A stretch of DNA of 64,000 bases from the NCBI GenBank assembly GCA_023246355.1, contig JAHFIQ010000001.1, positions 81,887-145,886 of the forward strand, given 5' to 3'. Of this stretch, positions 1-9,588 are shown in pieces; position 1 is the stretch's first letter; every line of letters begins with the position of its first letter. Source of the DNA: Candidatus Uhrbacteria bacterium (GTDB taxonomy: Bacteria; Patescibacteriota; Patescibacteriia; UBA9934; GWF2-40-263). The notes beneath the pieces were generated by a model, which was not told the DNA's origin, searched no databases, and was given only the letters and a program-made list of their open reading frames with translations. Position numbers and translations under genes: made by a program.

Positions 1-825
1 AAAAAGGCACAGGAGAGAATTCGCAACGCGGTCACCGGTCTCACGCTTCTGTTATGCGTCTATCTGATTTTGGCGTCTATCAATCCTCAGCTGGTGATCT
101 TCAAACCTCTGCGTGTGTTGAATGTCGAAGGTCTGGAACTGGAAAAAGGAATAAACAGCAACGAGGGATTAAGCAGCTCCTCCTCAAGTGGGGGATCTTC
201 ATCTTCTTCTTCCAGCGCGGCAAAGAGCACGTGTGAAACAATAAGCGAAACAGCAAAAGCAGAAGGAACCTGTGAAATAACTCAAGAGGTTATTTCTCCC
301 ATTGGGGAAGCGCCCGTTTGTGACAGCAACAGTCATTGGACAGATGAAACAGGCACCTTCAAAGACTACTCAGAAATCACGGAACTCGATTTTGCTGCAG
401 GATTCGGCGTGGCCATCATGGCACCGATGGATGGAACGGTTTCCTACATTGTGGGGCAGGACACGAAATGTGGAAACTGGATTACCCTCACAGGTTCAGG
501 CGATGCCGCTGGCGCACAAATCAGCTTCTGTCATGTCGCAGACTTTGTGGACGACGCCGGAGAATACCACGATAATACCGCTGTCTCCCAAGGTGATACC
601 ATTGGTCATACAGGGGGTGTCTGGTGCAAGGGAGAAACGCCTCCCACGGACTGGGATCCGGATGGAAGTGCAACCTATGTTGACGGGACGGCTTGCACAG
701 ATCCGACGACCGCAGAAAACTGCAATTGCCAAACCGTTCTCCAAGCAGGGCTTTCAAAAAAAGCTCACCTGCACATGCAATGGCACCGCGGTGGAGACCT
801 GCTCGCTTGTTTGGAAGACTTCTAA
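1..825 (+). CDS. Membrane-anchored peptidase M23 (LytM-like) domain protein, 5' end outside window
   Basis: The ORF runs in frame from nt 1. A hydrophobic helix ends in the INPQLVIFKPL linker, followed by an S-rich stretch and an M23-like motif set (MAPMDGTVSY ... HTGGVW). It is paralogous to the next gene. Confidence 0.6.
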   Translation, partial: KKAQERIRNAVTGLTLLLCVYLILASINPQLVIFKPLRVLNVEGLELEKGINSNEGLSSSSSSGGSSSSSSSAAKSTCETISETAKAEGTCEITQEVISPIGEAPVCDSNSHWTDETGTFKDYSEITELDFAAGFGVAIMAPMDGTVSYIVGQDTKCGNWITLTGSGDAAGAQISFCHVADFVDDAGEYHDNTAVSQGDTIGHTGGVWCKGETPPTDWDPDGSATYVDGTACTDPTTAENCNCQTVLQAGLSKKAHLHMQWHRGGDLLACLEDF

Positions 826-827
826 CT

Positions 828-1847
828 ATGAGACGTAACACTGTCATCTTTCTGGCTCTCATACCGATGATGCTATTCATCGGACTTTTTGGGCATCCAG
901 TGCATGCAGCGAGCACTTCGTCTTCTTCCCTCATCAAACCCACCCTCGCGATCGATATCCCGACGGTGACGTTTAGTGATGGGGAGATCGACGGCGATAC
1001 GATCAAAATCAATTACCTGGGCGACTACATTGCCGGTGTGTACAAGTGGCTGCTAGGCTCTGCGACCTTGATCGCGATCGTCATGCTCATGATCGGCGGG
1101 CTGCAGTACACCATCTTTCAAGAAGACAAGGCAAAGACCCGGATCAAAAATGCCGTTACGGGACTCGTGCTTCTGCTTTCCACGTACTTGATTCTTGCCA
1201 CGATCAATCCACAACTTGTTATTTTTAAACCACTCAGTATCCAAAACATTCCTGAGGTCCCCTTGGAAAACCTTGAAGTAGAATTCAGTAGCGACACGAC
1301 GACGAGCACCTGTACAGGAAGTGACTGCGTAGGGGTCTCTCACTATCAAGACTGTATGATCGAACAATACGGTGGAAGTCCAGGTGCTGTCCGGGCGCAA
1401 CTCGTGCCAGTTACCGTTGACTACGCCGGGCACACCGGAACCTACTACGTCCATCAAAAAGTACAGGCGAAATTTCAAGCGGTGTTCGATGCTATTGCTG
1501 CTTCAGGGACGACCTATGATATTACAAAAAGTATAGGAATCTTTAATTGGCGCGCCGTAACAGCTAAGCCGAAATACTTAAGCAACCACTCATGGGCAAC
1601 GGGAATCGACATTAACCCTGATACAAATCCCTATTGTTCAGCAGAATGTTTCGATAGTGACGCTAGCACGAAATGTTTCTGCGTTGGTGCAAATTGTCAG
1701 ACAGACTGCCCAGCTGGAAAATACGACCTACCCAAAAAAGAAGTCATCGATATTTTTATCAGTAATGGGTTTGACTGGCTTGGAGATCGTGCGGAGGGAA
1801 AATTCCAGGACTACATGCATTTTGACGCACATACAGGCTGTGAATAA
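828..1847 (+). CDS. Exported two-helix (TrbC/VirB2 pilin-like topology) protein fused to a peptidase M15 (VanY/LAS-type) domain
   Basis: ATG at 828 follows the upstream stop by 3 nt. Signal peptide MRRNTVIFLALIPMMLFIGLFGHPVHAAS, two hydrophobic helices, and the same INPQLVIFKPL linker as the upstream gene. C-terminal SNHSWATGIDINP (SxHxxGxAxD) and DYMHFDAH motifs are typical of LAS metallopeptidases. Confidence 0.55.
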   Translation: MRRNTVIFLALIPMMLFIGLFGHPVHAASTSSSSLIKPTLAIDIPTVTFSDGEIDGDTIKINYLGDYIAGVYKWLLGSATLIAIVMLMIGGLQYTIFQEDKAKTRIKNAVTGLVLLLSTYLILATINPQLVIFKPLSIQNIPEVPLENLEVEFSSDTTTSTCTGSDCVGVSHYQDCMIEQYGGSPGAVRAQLVPVTVDYAGHTGTYYVHQKVQAKFQAVFDAIAASGTTYDITKSIGIFNWRAVTAKPKYLSNHSWATGIDINPDTNPYCSAECFDSDASTKCFCVGANCQTDCPAGKYDLPKKEVIDIFISNGFDWLGDRAEGKFQDYMHFDAHTGCE

Positions 1848-1850
1848 CCT

Positions 1851-3197
1851 ATGTTCATCTGTTCCCATTGCGACTCCCAATCCCTGAAGTGGTCTGGAAA
1901 ATGCGTGACCTGCGAAAAGTGGGGCACGCTTGTTGAGGAGAAGGCCGAGGTAGCCCCAGGCTTTAGCCAGGGTTCGGCCGCAAAAGCAAAGCCTGCAAAG
2001 AGTCAGGCTCTTTCTGATGTGGCGAAGCAAAACGAACATGATCGCTTGAGTACACAGGATCCTGAAGTGGATCGTGTCTTGGGTGGAGGAATTGTCGCGG
2101 GATCGGTTGTCTTGCTTTCGGGTGAACCAGGAATCGGCAAATCAACACTCGTGGCACAAATTGCCGGTAGTGTCCTTTCCACCTCTTCCACCTTATCCAC
2201 CTCATCTCCCTCCTCTGTCCTCTATATTTCTGGCGAAGAATCTGCAATGCAACTTGCTTCAAGATTTAAAAGATTATCTCTCACAGCCGACAGAGTCCGC
2301 GTGCTCGAACCTTTTCCTGTGGAGACACTGGTCGCGACCATCGAAAAGGAGAAGCCTTCCCTTGCTGTGATTGACTCGGTACAGACTCTCACCTCATCTC
2401 TCATCGACAGCACGGCTGGCTCACCGACCTTGGTGCGCTACGCCACTTCCCTGCTGCTTGATCTTGCCAAGCGCACCAACGTGTCAATTCTGCTGGTGGG
2501 ACAGGTCACCAAAGATGGATCGATCGCAGGGCCCAAGACCCTGGAACACTTGGTGGATGTGGTCGTGAATTTGGAAGGCGATCCTGTGCATAGCTATAGG
2601 ATGCTGCGCGCGGCCAAAAATCGATTCGGCGCAACAGACGAAATCGGCGTGTTTGAAATGACTGAGCAAGGACTCAAGGCTGTGACGAATCCTTCTGAAA
2701 GATTCTTAGCTGAGCGGTCAAGAACACCAGGATCTGTCATCGCCGCCACGGTCGAAGGTTCACGGGTGTTTCTCGTGGAAGTCCAGGCCCTGGTCGAACA
2801 AAGTTTCTACGGCACGCCTGTGCGCCGCGCCTCAGGCTTTGATCCCAACCGTTTACAGATGCTCGTGGCAATCCTGTCAAAACGTGCGGGCCTCAAACTC
2901 GGCGAGAAAGACGTGTATGTGAATGTGATCGGTGGAATGGACCTGCGAGAGCCGGCAGCTGACTTGGCGGTTTGTGCGGCGATCGTCAGCGCGTTTAAAA
3001 ATGTCACGGACGCGTCCTCAACGGTCTACCTGGGAGAAGTCGGCTTGGGTGGTGAAGTGCGCTCTGTGGGTCTTGTGGACAAGCGTCTCCAGGAAGCCGC
3101 ACGCCTTGGCATCACGGCCGCGGCAGTGCCGTCCAAGAGTAAAATAAAAATGAATTCCGTTGAGATTCGAAAAATAGAAAACGTAAAAGACCTCTGA
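1851..3197 (+). CDS. radA: DNA repair protein RadA/Sms
   Basis: N-terminal C4 zinc ribbon (CSHCDSQSLKWSGKCVTCEKWG), Walker A GEPGIGKST and a C-terminal Lon-like domain. It contains a 12-aa S/T-rich in-frame insert (STSSTLSTSSPS) encoded by a dispersed mini-repeat. Confidence 0.9.
   Translation: MFICSHCDSQSLKWSGKCVTCEKWGTLVEEKAEVAPGFSQGSAAKAKPAKSQALSDVAKQNEHDRLSTQDPEVDRVLGGGIVAGSVVLLSGEPGIGKSTLVAQIAGSVLSTSSTLSTSSPSSVLYISGEESAMQLASRFKRLSLTADRVRVLEPFPVETLVATIEKEKPSLAVIDSVQTLTSSLIDSTAGSPTLVRYATSLLLDLAKRTNVSILLVGQVTKDGSIAGPKTLEHLVDVVVNLEGDPVHSYRMLRAAKNRFGATDEIGVFEMTEQGLKAVTNPSERFLAERSRTPGSVIAATVEGSRVFLVEVQALVEQSFYGTPVRRASGFDPNRLQMLVAILSKRAGLKLGEKDVYVNVIGGMDLREPAADLAVCAAIVSAFKNVTDASSTVYLGEVGLGGEVRSVGLVDKRLQEAARLGITAAAVPSKSKIKMNSVEIRKIENVKDL
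2176..2212. repeat. GAGGTGGA-type mini-repeat inserted in-frame in radA
   Basis: ccacctcttccaccttatccacctcatctccctcc is the reverse complement of gatgaggtggataaggtggaagaggtgg. It encodes STSSTLSTSSPS. Confidence 0.6.
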
Positions 3198-5242
3198 TCA
3201 TTCCAGATGGACTTTTTCAAACGATGCTTGAATACGACTCTGAATCCGAGGATGACTCTGAAAACCCGGATCCTGTACCAAAAGGCCGCTCGCATAGTCG
3301 CGGGCTTTTTTCATAATCTGTGTGTCAGCAGCTGTGGCAAGCTGAAAATCTGGAAAGCCAGACTGGGCATTGCCAAACACATTGCCTGGACCACGCAGCT
3401 CGAGATCTTTTTCCGCGAGCAGAAATCCGTGATGGATCGTTTCAACAGCACGCAGTCGCGCCTCACTTGAATCAGAAAGTTGTTCAGGGAGAAGATAACA
3501 ATACGACTGGATGTCTGAACGCCCCACGCGACCACGCAACTGATGCAACTGCGCCAACCCAAATCGCTCTGCTCCCATAATCACCATTACGCTTGCATTT
3601 GGAATATCAACTCCCACCTCCACTACCGTCGTCGCGACAAGCACGTCGATCTTGCCATCACGAAATTTTTGGATGGCGTCTTCTTTTTCATGAGACGCTA
3701 AACGACCGTGCAGAATGCCAATCCGTGTATCGGACAAAGGACCCTTTTTGAGATCCCGAGCAACATCTGTCACAGACTTCGCCCCCATCTTGTCAGATGG
3801 GTCGATGAGCGGACACACGACAAACACTTGGCGACCTTCCTGAATTTGTTCACGCACATGACGCCACATGCCCTTTTGATGACTCTCAGGAACAAGCGCG
3901 GTTGCCACGGGTTTTCGACCGTGCGGCATCTCGTTTAGAATCGAAAGCTCGAGATCACCGTAGATCGTGAGCGCAAGAGAACGTGGAATCGGCGTGCGGT
4001 CATCGACAGCAAGTGAGGCGCCACGGCACCTTCTCGCTGCAACAGGGCATGTCGTTGTTCCACACCAAATCGATGCTGTTCATCAACGATCACGAGCGCT
4101 GGCTGGAGTTCAACGTAATCTTCCAAAATGGCATGGGTTCCAATCACACAGCGGATTCTACCAAGACGGATCGCATTTAGGAGTTCGTCTTTTGTCACGG
4201 TCTCTGATCCAATCCTCTGCTGCGTTCGTGTAAGAAGTCCAACCGGCTTTTTCAATAGTCGACAAAACGCTTCGTGCTGCTGAGAAGCCAGTATTTCGGT
4301 TGGTGCCAAGTACACGACCGTGTGACCAGCGTCCAGAACCGATGCACATGCCGCTGCAGCCACAACCGTCTTTCCAGAACCCACGTCTCCTTCCAGTAAT
4401 CGATTCATGGACGAAGTCCCTGCCATATCCTGAACGATTTCCCAGATGGCTTTTCGCTGTGCGTTGGTGAGTTGAAACGGCAATGCACTTACGAAGACAC
4501 GCAGGAATTCTTCGTTGATGGGAATCGAATGTACAGGCCGCTTTGCTCGCTCACTCCTCACGTGAGCAAACAGGAGTTGATGCAAAAAAAGCTCATCAAA
4601 CTTGAGACGCGCGACGCTGGCTTGAAGCACTTGTTGTGAAACAGGAAAGTGCACTCCACGCAAGGCATCACAGAGCGATGGATACGATTCGTGTTCAATC
4701 ACCTCTTCTGGTAACCACTCAGCCATTTCATCGGCACAACAGAGTGCCACGTTGATTGCCTCACGCAGTCGACGCATGGTGAGTGATCCTGTCAGTCCGT
4801 AGATCGGAACGATCCGACCGGTGTGAACCTGGGCACCTGATTTTTCGATGATTGGGTTTACGAGACTCAAACCGAATCGTCCATCCACTCGGCCAGCGAG
4901 AGAAACCGTGCTCCCCACAGGGAGCGTACGCTCAAGATATTCTTGGTTGAACCACACGACTTTCAACTCCCCTGTCGCATCCGCTATCACTCCTTCAACT
5001 AACTTCACCTTACGGTTTTTTGAAGGGCGGCTGGCCAGAGACTGAATCGTCCCAATAACCGTGACCATCTCACCCGACCGAACCTTCCCAGCTCCTGTGA
5101 CTTTGGAAAAGTCATCATAGCGAAACGGCAGGTACCACAAGAGATCTTTCACCGAAGAAACGCCCAGGTTCTTCAGATCTTGAACCGCCTTCCCGCCAAT
5201 TCCAGGAAGTTCAGAAACAGATGAGTTCAAGTGAATGGCCAT
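3198..5242 (-). pseudogene. recG: ATP-dependent DNA helicase RecG, interrupted by a single-nucleotide frameshift near 3994-3997 (two ORFs, 3935..5242 and 3198..3929)
   Basis: The 435-aa ORF carries GDVGSGKT and DEQHRFGV and ends LLSMTA. The RecG continuation TPIPRSLALTIYGDLELSILNEMPHGRKP is read in another frame and runs into the 243-aa ORF, which has the VLVATTVVEVGVDIP and QLRGRVGR helicase C motifs. Confidence 0.6.
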
Positions 5243-5297
5243 ATCAATGGAATCTTAACACAAACAAAAACCGCTCTCGCAAAGAGAACGATTTTTG

Positions 5298-5373
5298 TGG
5301 TGCGGTCGGGGGGACTCGAACCCTCGACCCTCAGCTCCGCAAGCTGATGCTCTATCCAGCTGAGCTACGACCG
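5298..5373 (-). tRNA. tRNA-Arg (anticodon GCG as read)
   Basis: Manual fold: acceptor GCGGTCG/CGACCGC, D arm GCTC..GAGC, anticodon stem TCAGC/GCTGA with loop TTGCGGA, T loop TTCGAGT, CCA encoded. Confidence 0.6.
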
Positions 5374-5380
5374 CCTAACG

Positions 5381-5878
5381 TCAGAGTTTATACAGTCTAC
5401 GAACCATATCTGTCAAACGCTCTTCGCTCTGGTGGATATTCTCTTTGCAGTACGGGAGCAAGCATTCACGAACCTGATTGGGGTCCACGTCCTCCAAAGG
5501 AATGGAAAGCAATGGCTGCCATGGGGACTGGAAATCAAGATACAAAATCTTCACCTCTGGTGGATCGTATGCAAGAGCGAAATCTTTGATCGCCTCAAAG
5601 TCGTAGTACATATCAGCCACAACCACCCCTGTGTTGGTGATGACCACCGGGACCCGTTCGGGTGACACAAACGTAGAAAGCAGCATGATGACCCCGATCA
5701 TAAGCACAATCACGGCAAACAAAAAGTTGGCTGTTGCCACGGCGTAGATGATGAGCGCCACGCCCAGCACCGCAGCGACCAGATACCATCGCTGTGAGCG
5801 TTCATGTGTGGGGTACTCATCGACCTCCCACTGCAGTTGTGGCGCACCGATTTCAATTGGCAGTTCTTGTTCTTCCAT
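5381..5878 (-). CDS. Hypothetical membrane protein (two TM helices)
   Basis: 165-aa ORF with an ATG start and two hydrophobic helices, lying between tRNA genes. No recognisable family. Confidence 0.45.
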   Translation of the reverse strand: MEEQELPIEIGAPQLQWEVDEYPTHERSQRWYLVAAVLGVALIIYAVATANFLFAVIVLMIGVIMLLSTFVSPERVPVVITNTGVVVADMYYDFEAIKDFALAYDPPEVKILYLDFQSPWQPLLSIPLEDVDPNQVRECLLPYCKENIHQSEERLTDMVRRLYKL

Positions 5879-5932
5879 ACCGGTTTATTTTAGCACGGAA
5901 CAAAAAAACCGGAAACGAATTCCGATCCTTTT

Positions 5933-6020
5933 TGGCGGAGGGGGTGGGATTCGAACCCACGGTTCCTTGCGGAACGTCGCATTTCAAGTGCGATGGAATA
6001 AACCACTATCCGACCCCTCC
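5933..6020 (-). tRNA. tRNA-Ser (anticodon TGA), type II with long variable arm
   Basis: Acceptor GGAGGGG/CCCCTCC, anticodon stem TCGCA/TGCGA with loop CTTGAAA, long variable arm, T arm GTGGG TTCGAAT CCCAC, CCA encoded. Confidence 0.7.
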
Positions 6021-6032
6021 AAAAGAGTCGAA

Positions 6033-6127
6033 TGGCGGAGAGAGAGGGATTCGAACCCTCGCGCCGGGTATAAAACCGGCCTAACGGTTTAGCAAACCGT
6101 CCCCTTCAGCCTCTTGGGTACCTCTCC
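6033..6127 (-). tRNA. tRNA-Ser (anticodon GCT), type II, unusually long (~95 nt)
   Basis: Acceptor GGAGAGG/TCTCTCC, D arm CCC..GGG, anticodon stem ACGGT/ACCGT with loop TTGCTAA, long variable arm GGCCGG..CCCGGC, T loop TTCGAAT, CCA encoded. Confidence 0.65.
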
Positions 6128-6154
6128 GTAACGGACGTTAGAGTATCGTATTCA

Positions 6155-6847
6155 TCATCCTTTGGCAATCACGAATCCCCACACGGTTTTGGCGCCGGCT
6201 TCTTTCAAAACTCGAGCCGCAGCGTCCATGGTCGTGCCGCTGGTAAACACGTCATCACAGAGCAAGAGATGATCTGGAATCTGGATGCCGTCCATCATCT
6301 TGAACGCATCGTCCATCTCGCCGACACGCCGCAGCTCATGACTCGTGCGAGCTTGAGGATTGGTTGAACGCACACGCCTGACAAACGTCTCGTGAGGAAT
6401 CCCAAATAACTCCCCTGCCCACTGAGCCACCAGATCTGCTTGGTCAAATCCTCGTTCTCGTCGACGCTTCTCATGCAAAGGAACACTCGTTGCATAAAAA
6501 GGCAAAACCGGTGGGGAGAGTCGCAGAGAGGCTTTCTTCAAACAGCCTTCCAGGATTCTCTCAACGCTCCTGTCCCCGTGGTACTTCCAATGTCCAAGCA
6601 GCTCGCGCACAACCGTATTTCCATACGGGGCAAAGGCCGTGAGTCCATCCAAGTAGACGTCCTCACAACAGGACGTACAGGTCCGATCACTTCCCAGTTC
6701 CCCGCAAAACGCACAAGACGCCAGTGCTGAGACTGGCGTCCACTCCTGTTCACACACCTCGCATAATAGTGAACCCTCGCGCTTACAGGAAACACAAAAT
6801 CGAGGAAACAACGTTTCTATTGCCAGACGGCCGAGTCGACTTTCCAT
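6155..6847 (-). CDS. comFC: ComF-family competence protein / phosphoribosyltransferase (ComFC)
   Basis: N-terminal Cys-rich zinc-finger region (FPRFCVSCKREGSLLCEVCEQ ... CAFCG) and a C-terminal PRTase motif LLCDDVFTSGTT. Its start overlaps the stop of the upstream gene, indicating an operon. Confidence 0.75.
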   Translation of the reverse strand: MESRLGRLAIETLFPRFCVSCKREGSLLCEVCEQEWTPVSALASCAFCGELGSDRTCTSCCEDVYLDGLTAFAPYGNTVVRELLGHWKYHGDRSVERILEGCLKKASLRLSPPVLPFYATSVPLHEKRRRERGFDQADLVAQWAGELFGIPHETFVRRVRSTNPQARTSHELRRVGEMDDAFKMMDGIQIPDHLLLCDDVFTSGTTMDAAARVLKEAGAKTVWGFVIAKG

Positions 6848-7401
6848 ACGCCGTCCTCCGTCACATAACTTAAAATGATGTCTTGATACTTCACGGTTGT
6901 GTTTTGCGGTGAGTCAATGGCTTCTTCCCGTTGCGTGGTCACGGTCACCTGCGCCGTTCCGGCTGTTTCATCTTTCTCATCCACGGTCACGGTCACGATC
7001 GATGTGGAAACGCCATAGTAGCCTTCTGGCATTTCACCTTCGTCAATCATCTTTTGTGTTTTGGCCGCAAACGCCTCACTCATGAGGGGTAAGACATCCA
7101 CCAGGTTGCCAAAATCTGCTTCATTGGAATAACTCCCGTAGCGGGTGACAAATGTTTTTGAAAGAGACGTGACGTCAGACGTTTGTGTCCGTACTTCGCG
7201 TTCTTGTTCTAGTTCAAGCTCTGACACGGTCGGCCGATCTGGCACCACTTGTTCTTCTTGTGTGACCTCTGCCACCTCTTCACCCTGTTTCACCTCGTCC
7301 ACCTTCCCAGAAAACAAGACATACAAAAGCCAGCCAAGCAGCAGCAGTAAAATAAGCAGAATTAAGACAACAATTGAAATACGTTTGCGTCGAGTCATCA
7401 T
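6817..7401 (-). CDS. Bitopic membrane protein, possible VirB8/PrgL-like (NTF2-like) T4SS component
   Basis: N-terminal TM helix (ISIVVLILLILLLLLGWLLYVLF), acidic linker, and a ~110-aa C-terminal domain ending WKVDSAVWQ. Its start overlaps the VirB4 stop (ATGA). The VirB8 assignment rests on position and topology only. Confidence 0.4.
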   Translation of the reverse strand: MMTRRKRISIVVLILLILLLLLGWLLYVLFSGKVDEVKQGEEVAEVTQEEQVVPDRPTVSELELEQEREVRTQTSDVTSLSKTFVTRYGSYSNEADFGNLVDVLPLMSEAFAAKTQKMIDEGEMPEGYYGVSTSIVTVTVDEKDETAGTAQVTVTTQREEAIDSPQNTTVKYQDIILSYVTEDGVWKVDSAVWQ

Positions 7402-9506
7402 ACTTTGAGAGAGTCACGGATTTTATCGGCTTGTTCTTTTCCCGCGTTCTCCGTGGACAGCAAGGCGGCAGCGGCATCCTGTGCAGCCTTCTCCTGCTCA
7501 GCAATCTCCTGAGCCTCCTTGGCATCTTCATCCAAATCCATGACGTCTTCTTTTGCTTGTGCGGCCTGTGCAGCTTGGGATTCTTTCTGCTGTACTTCCT
7601 GAACTTTTTTCTGTTCATCAGCGATGTCTTGCTTTGCCTTTTCTTGTTTGAGCAATTGCTGCGGGTTGGTTGTCACAATCTGGTCCTCAACATAGGAGGC
7701 AACCACTTTGATGGCCGCATGCTTATTTCCTGCAAAGAAAATCCCCTCTCCCACTCCAGACTCAAGCAACAGATATTTTTCTCCATCGGTGAGGTGAAAC
7801 GTTTTTTGAATGTTGTCCACGGCTGAGGCTGCTTGTTTGAGAAGAACTTGCATGGCAGAGTTGGTCACAATCGCCTGGCCATAGGCCGAGCGCAAAAAGT
7901 CGTTCACGTCCTGGGTGATGGTGGTGACGCCAAGGAAATATTTTCTCGCACGCTTCACCAAGGCGAAAATAAACTTCGCCGAGTCCTCATTTTGCATGAG
8001 CCACCACGCTTCATCCACCACCAAAATACGCTTGCGGCGCACTGAGCGCACCACGTTCCAGATGTAATTGACGATGTTGTAAATGGCCACAGGTCGCAGT
8101 TCGTCCTCGAGGTCTCTGACGGAAAAAACGACTAATTGATTTTTCATCTCCACGTTGGTGGTGGAATTGAGCAGTCCCGCAAAGGTGCCTTCCGTATATT
8201 TCTGCAAACGCGCCATGAGATTGGACGAGCCTTCCATGCCGTCAAGCACGTCTTCAAAATCTGTGAGCGTAGGCGGTTCGACCGCGGAGAGATCGGTGAG
8301 ATCAGGCGTGATGTCTTTTTTCGCGTAGGTTTCAATGAGGGCTCGATCAAGCAGAGAGTCTTCCTCCGGGGTAAACCCAAGTTTGCCGCCCTCTCCAATG
8401 GGCTGACCAATCATGATACGCAACAGACCTTTGAGTGTGATCACGGCTGAGCGAATAATATCTTCGACTTTTGTTCCCTCACCGATCGCGCGAGGCAGGT
8501 CAAAGGGATTCACGCGAGCCTCGGAGGCCAGAGACACATTGATAAACGTGCCGCCCACCGCGTCAGACAAATCTTTATATTCGTATTCCGGATCTATCAC
8601 AATCACATCCACGCCCATCATGAGGGAGCGAATAATCTCAAGCTTCACGGTGTAGGACTTTCCTGCACCTGAGGTGGCAAACACGACCGCATTGGCATTT
8701 TGCAAACTAAAACGATCGAACAAAATAAGCGAGTTGTTGTGGCGGTTGATGCCGTAGAGGATGCCGTTATCGCTGGTGAGATCAGAGGAAATGAACGGGA
8801 AAGACGCGGCGATAGGACTGGTGTTCATGTTGTAGCTGATGACCAGCTCGTCGTTGCCAAGAGGAACTGTTGAATTGAACCCTTGTTCTGCCTGATAAAA
8901 ACCAGACTTTGTATAAATGAGTTTGCTTCCAAACAAGGATTCCACCTCCCCGGTAAATTTTTCCAGCTCTTCTGGAGACTTGGCGTAAATCGTCACGTAG
9001 AACGAAAACTGAAAGAAATGTTCAATGCCTTGGGTGAGGGCGTCACGCAGAGATTCAATATCGCGCAGAGCGGTTTCGGCAATCGGATCACGTGGCGCGC
9101 CTTTTTCCGCATCACCCAAAATTTTGGCTTCAAATACTCCTACCTTTTTTTGCAACTGCTTCAAAATAATGTTCGCCTTGAGCGGATAAAAGAACATGGC
9201 CACGTCAAACGTTTTGTTGAGATTGATGAGTGGCGAAGACCATCCCAAACCGATGTGGCGCGGGTAGGTGATGATAAACAATGTTCTGGCGTAGACCCCA
9301 GAGAGCATCAAGTACGTTGGCTTCACTTCAAATGATGCCGGCGCGATGATCTGCCTCACCGTGACCACACCACGCCGATACACCCGCTCTTCTTCCAGAA
9401 CGATCTTTTCCTCTGTGACGCGTTTCACCTCCGCCTTCACCTCCTTCACCTTTTCAGGCGGTGGCGCTGGCATCGCGGCTTTAATTTTTCCAATATCAAT
9501 GGGCAT
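7398..9506 (-). CDS. virB4: VirB4/TraC/PrgJ-like type IV secretion ATPase
   Basis: Walker A FATSGAGKSYT, Walker B/DEAW motif ILVVDEAWWLM and a TTITQDVNDF motif. The N-terminal region resembles Gram-positive-type VirB4 (FIITYPRHIGLGW). Confidence 0.8.
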   Translation of the reverse strand: MPIDIGKIKAAMPAPPPEKVKEVKAEVKRVTEEKIVLEEERVYRRGVVTVRQIIAPASFEVKPTYLMLSGVYARTLFIITYPRHIGLGWSSPLINLNKTFDVAMFFYPLKANIILKQLQKKVGVFEAKILGDAEKGAPRDPIAETALRDIESLRDALTQGIEHFFQFSFYVTIYAKSPEELEKFTGEVESLFGSKLIYTKSGFYQAEQGFNSTVPLGNDELVISYNMNTSPIAASFPFISSDLTSDNGILYGINRHNNSLILFDRFSLQNANAVVFATSGAGKSYTVKLEIIRSLMMGVDVIVIDPEYEYKDLSDAVGGTFINVSLASEARVNPFDLPRAIGEGTKVEDIIRSAVITLKGLLRIMIGQPIGEGGKLGFTPEEDSLLDRALIETYAKKDITPDLTDLSAVEPPTLTDFEDVLDGMEGSSNLMARLQKYTEGTFAGLLNSTTNVEMKNQLVVFSVRDLEDELRPVAIYNIVNYIWNVVRSVRRKRILVVDEAWWLMQNEDSAKFIFALVKRARKYFLGVTTITQDVNDFLRSAYGQAIVTNSAMQVLLKQAASAVDNIQKTFHLTDGEKYLLLESGVGEGIFFAGNKHAAIKVVASYVEDQIVTTNPQQLLKQEKAKQDIADEQKKVQEVQQKESQAAQAAQAKEDVMDLDEDAKEAQEIAEQEKAAQDAAAALLSTENAGKEQADKIRDSLKV

Positions 9507-9588
9507 AGAATAGGTGGATCAGGGAGACAAGGTGGAACAAGTGGTCGGAATCCGGAACCACCTAGTCTCCCTTGTCTACCTTTCTACC

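Noticed and set aside
3967-4233. Idea that the recG split reflects two genuine genes or a programmed frameshift
   Set aside because: There is no slippery heptamer or stimulatory structure at the site. A single missing base restores a contiguous RecG sequence, so a pseudogene or sequencing error is more parsimonious.
5222-5297. Possible terminator hairpin upstream of tRNA-Arg
   Set aside because: The stem is imperfect (gctctc/gagaac). The orientation relative to the flanking minus-strand genes does not fit a terminator.
9507-9588. Possible hairpin or attenuator between the 235-aa gene and virB4
   Set aside because: The repeats there (gggagacaagg ... tctcccttgtct) are mostly direct, not inverted. 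No convincing stem-loop forms.
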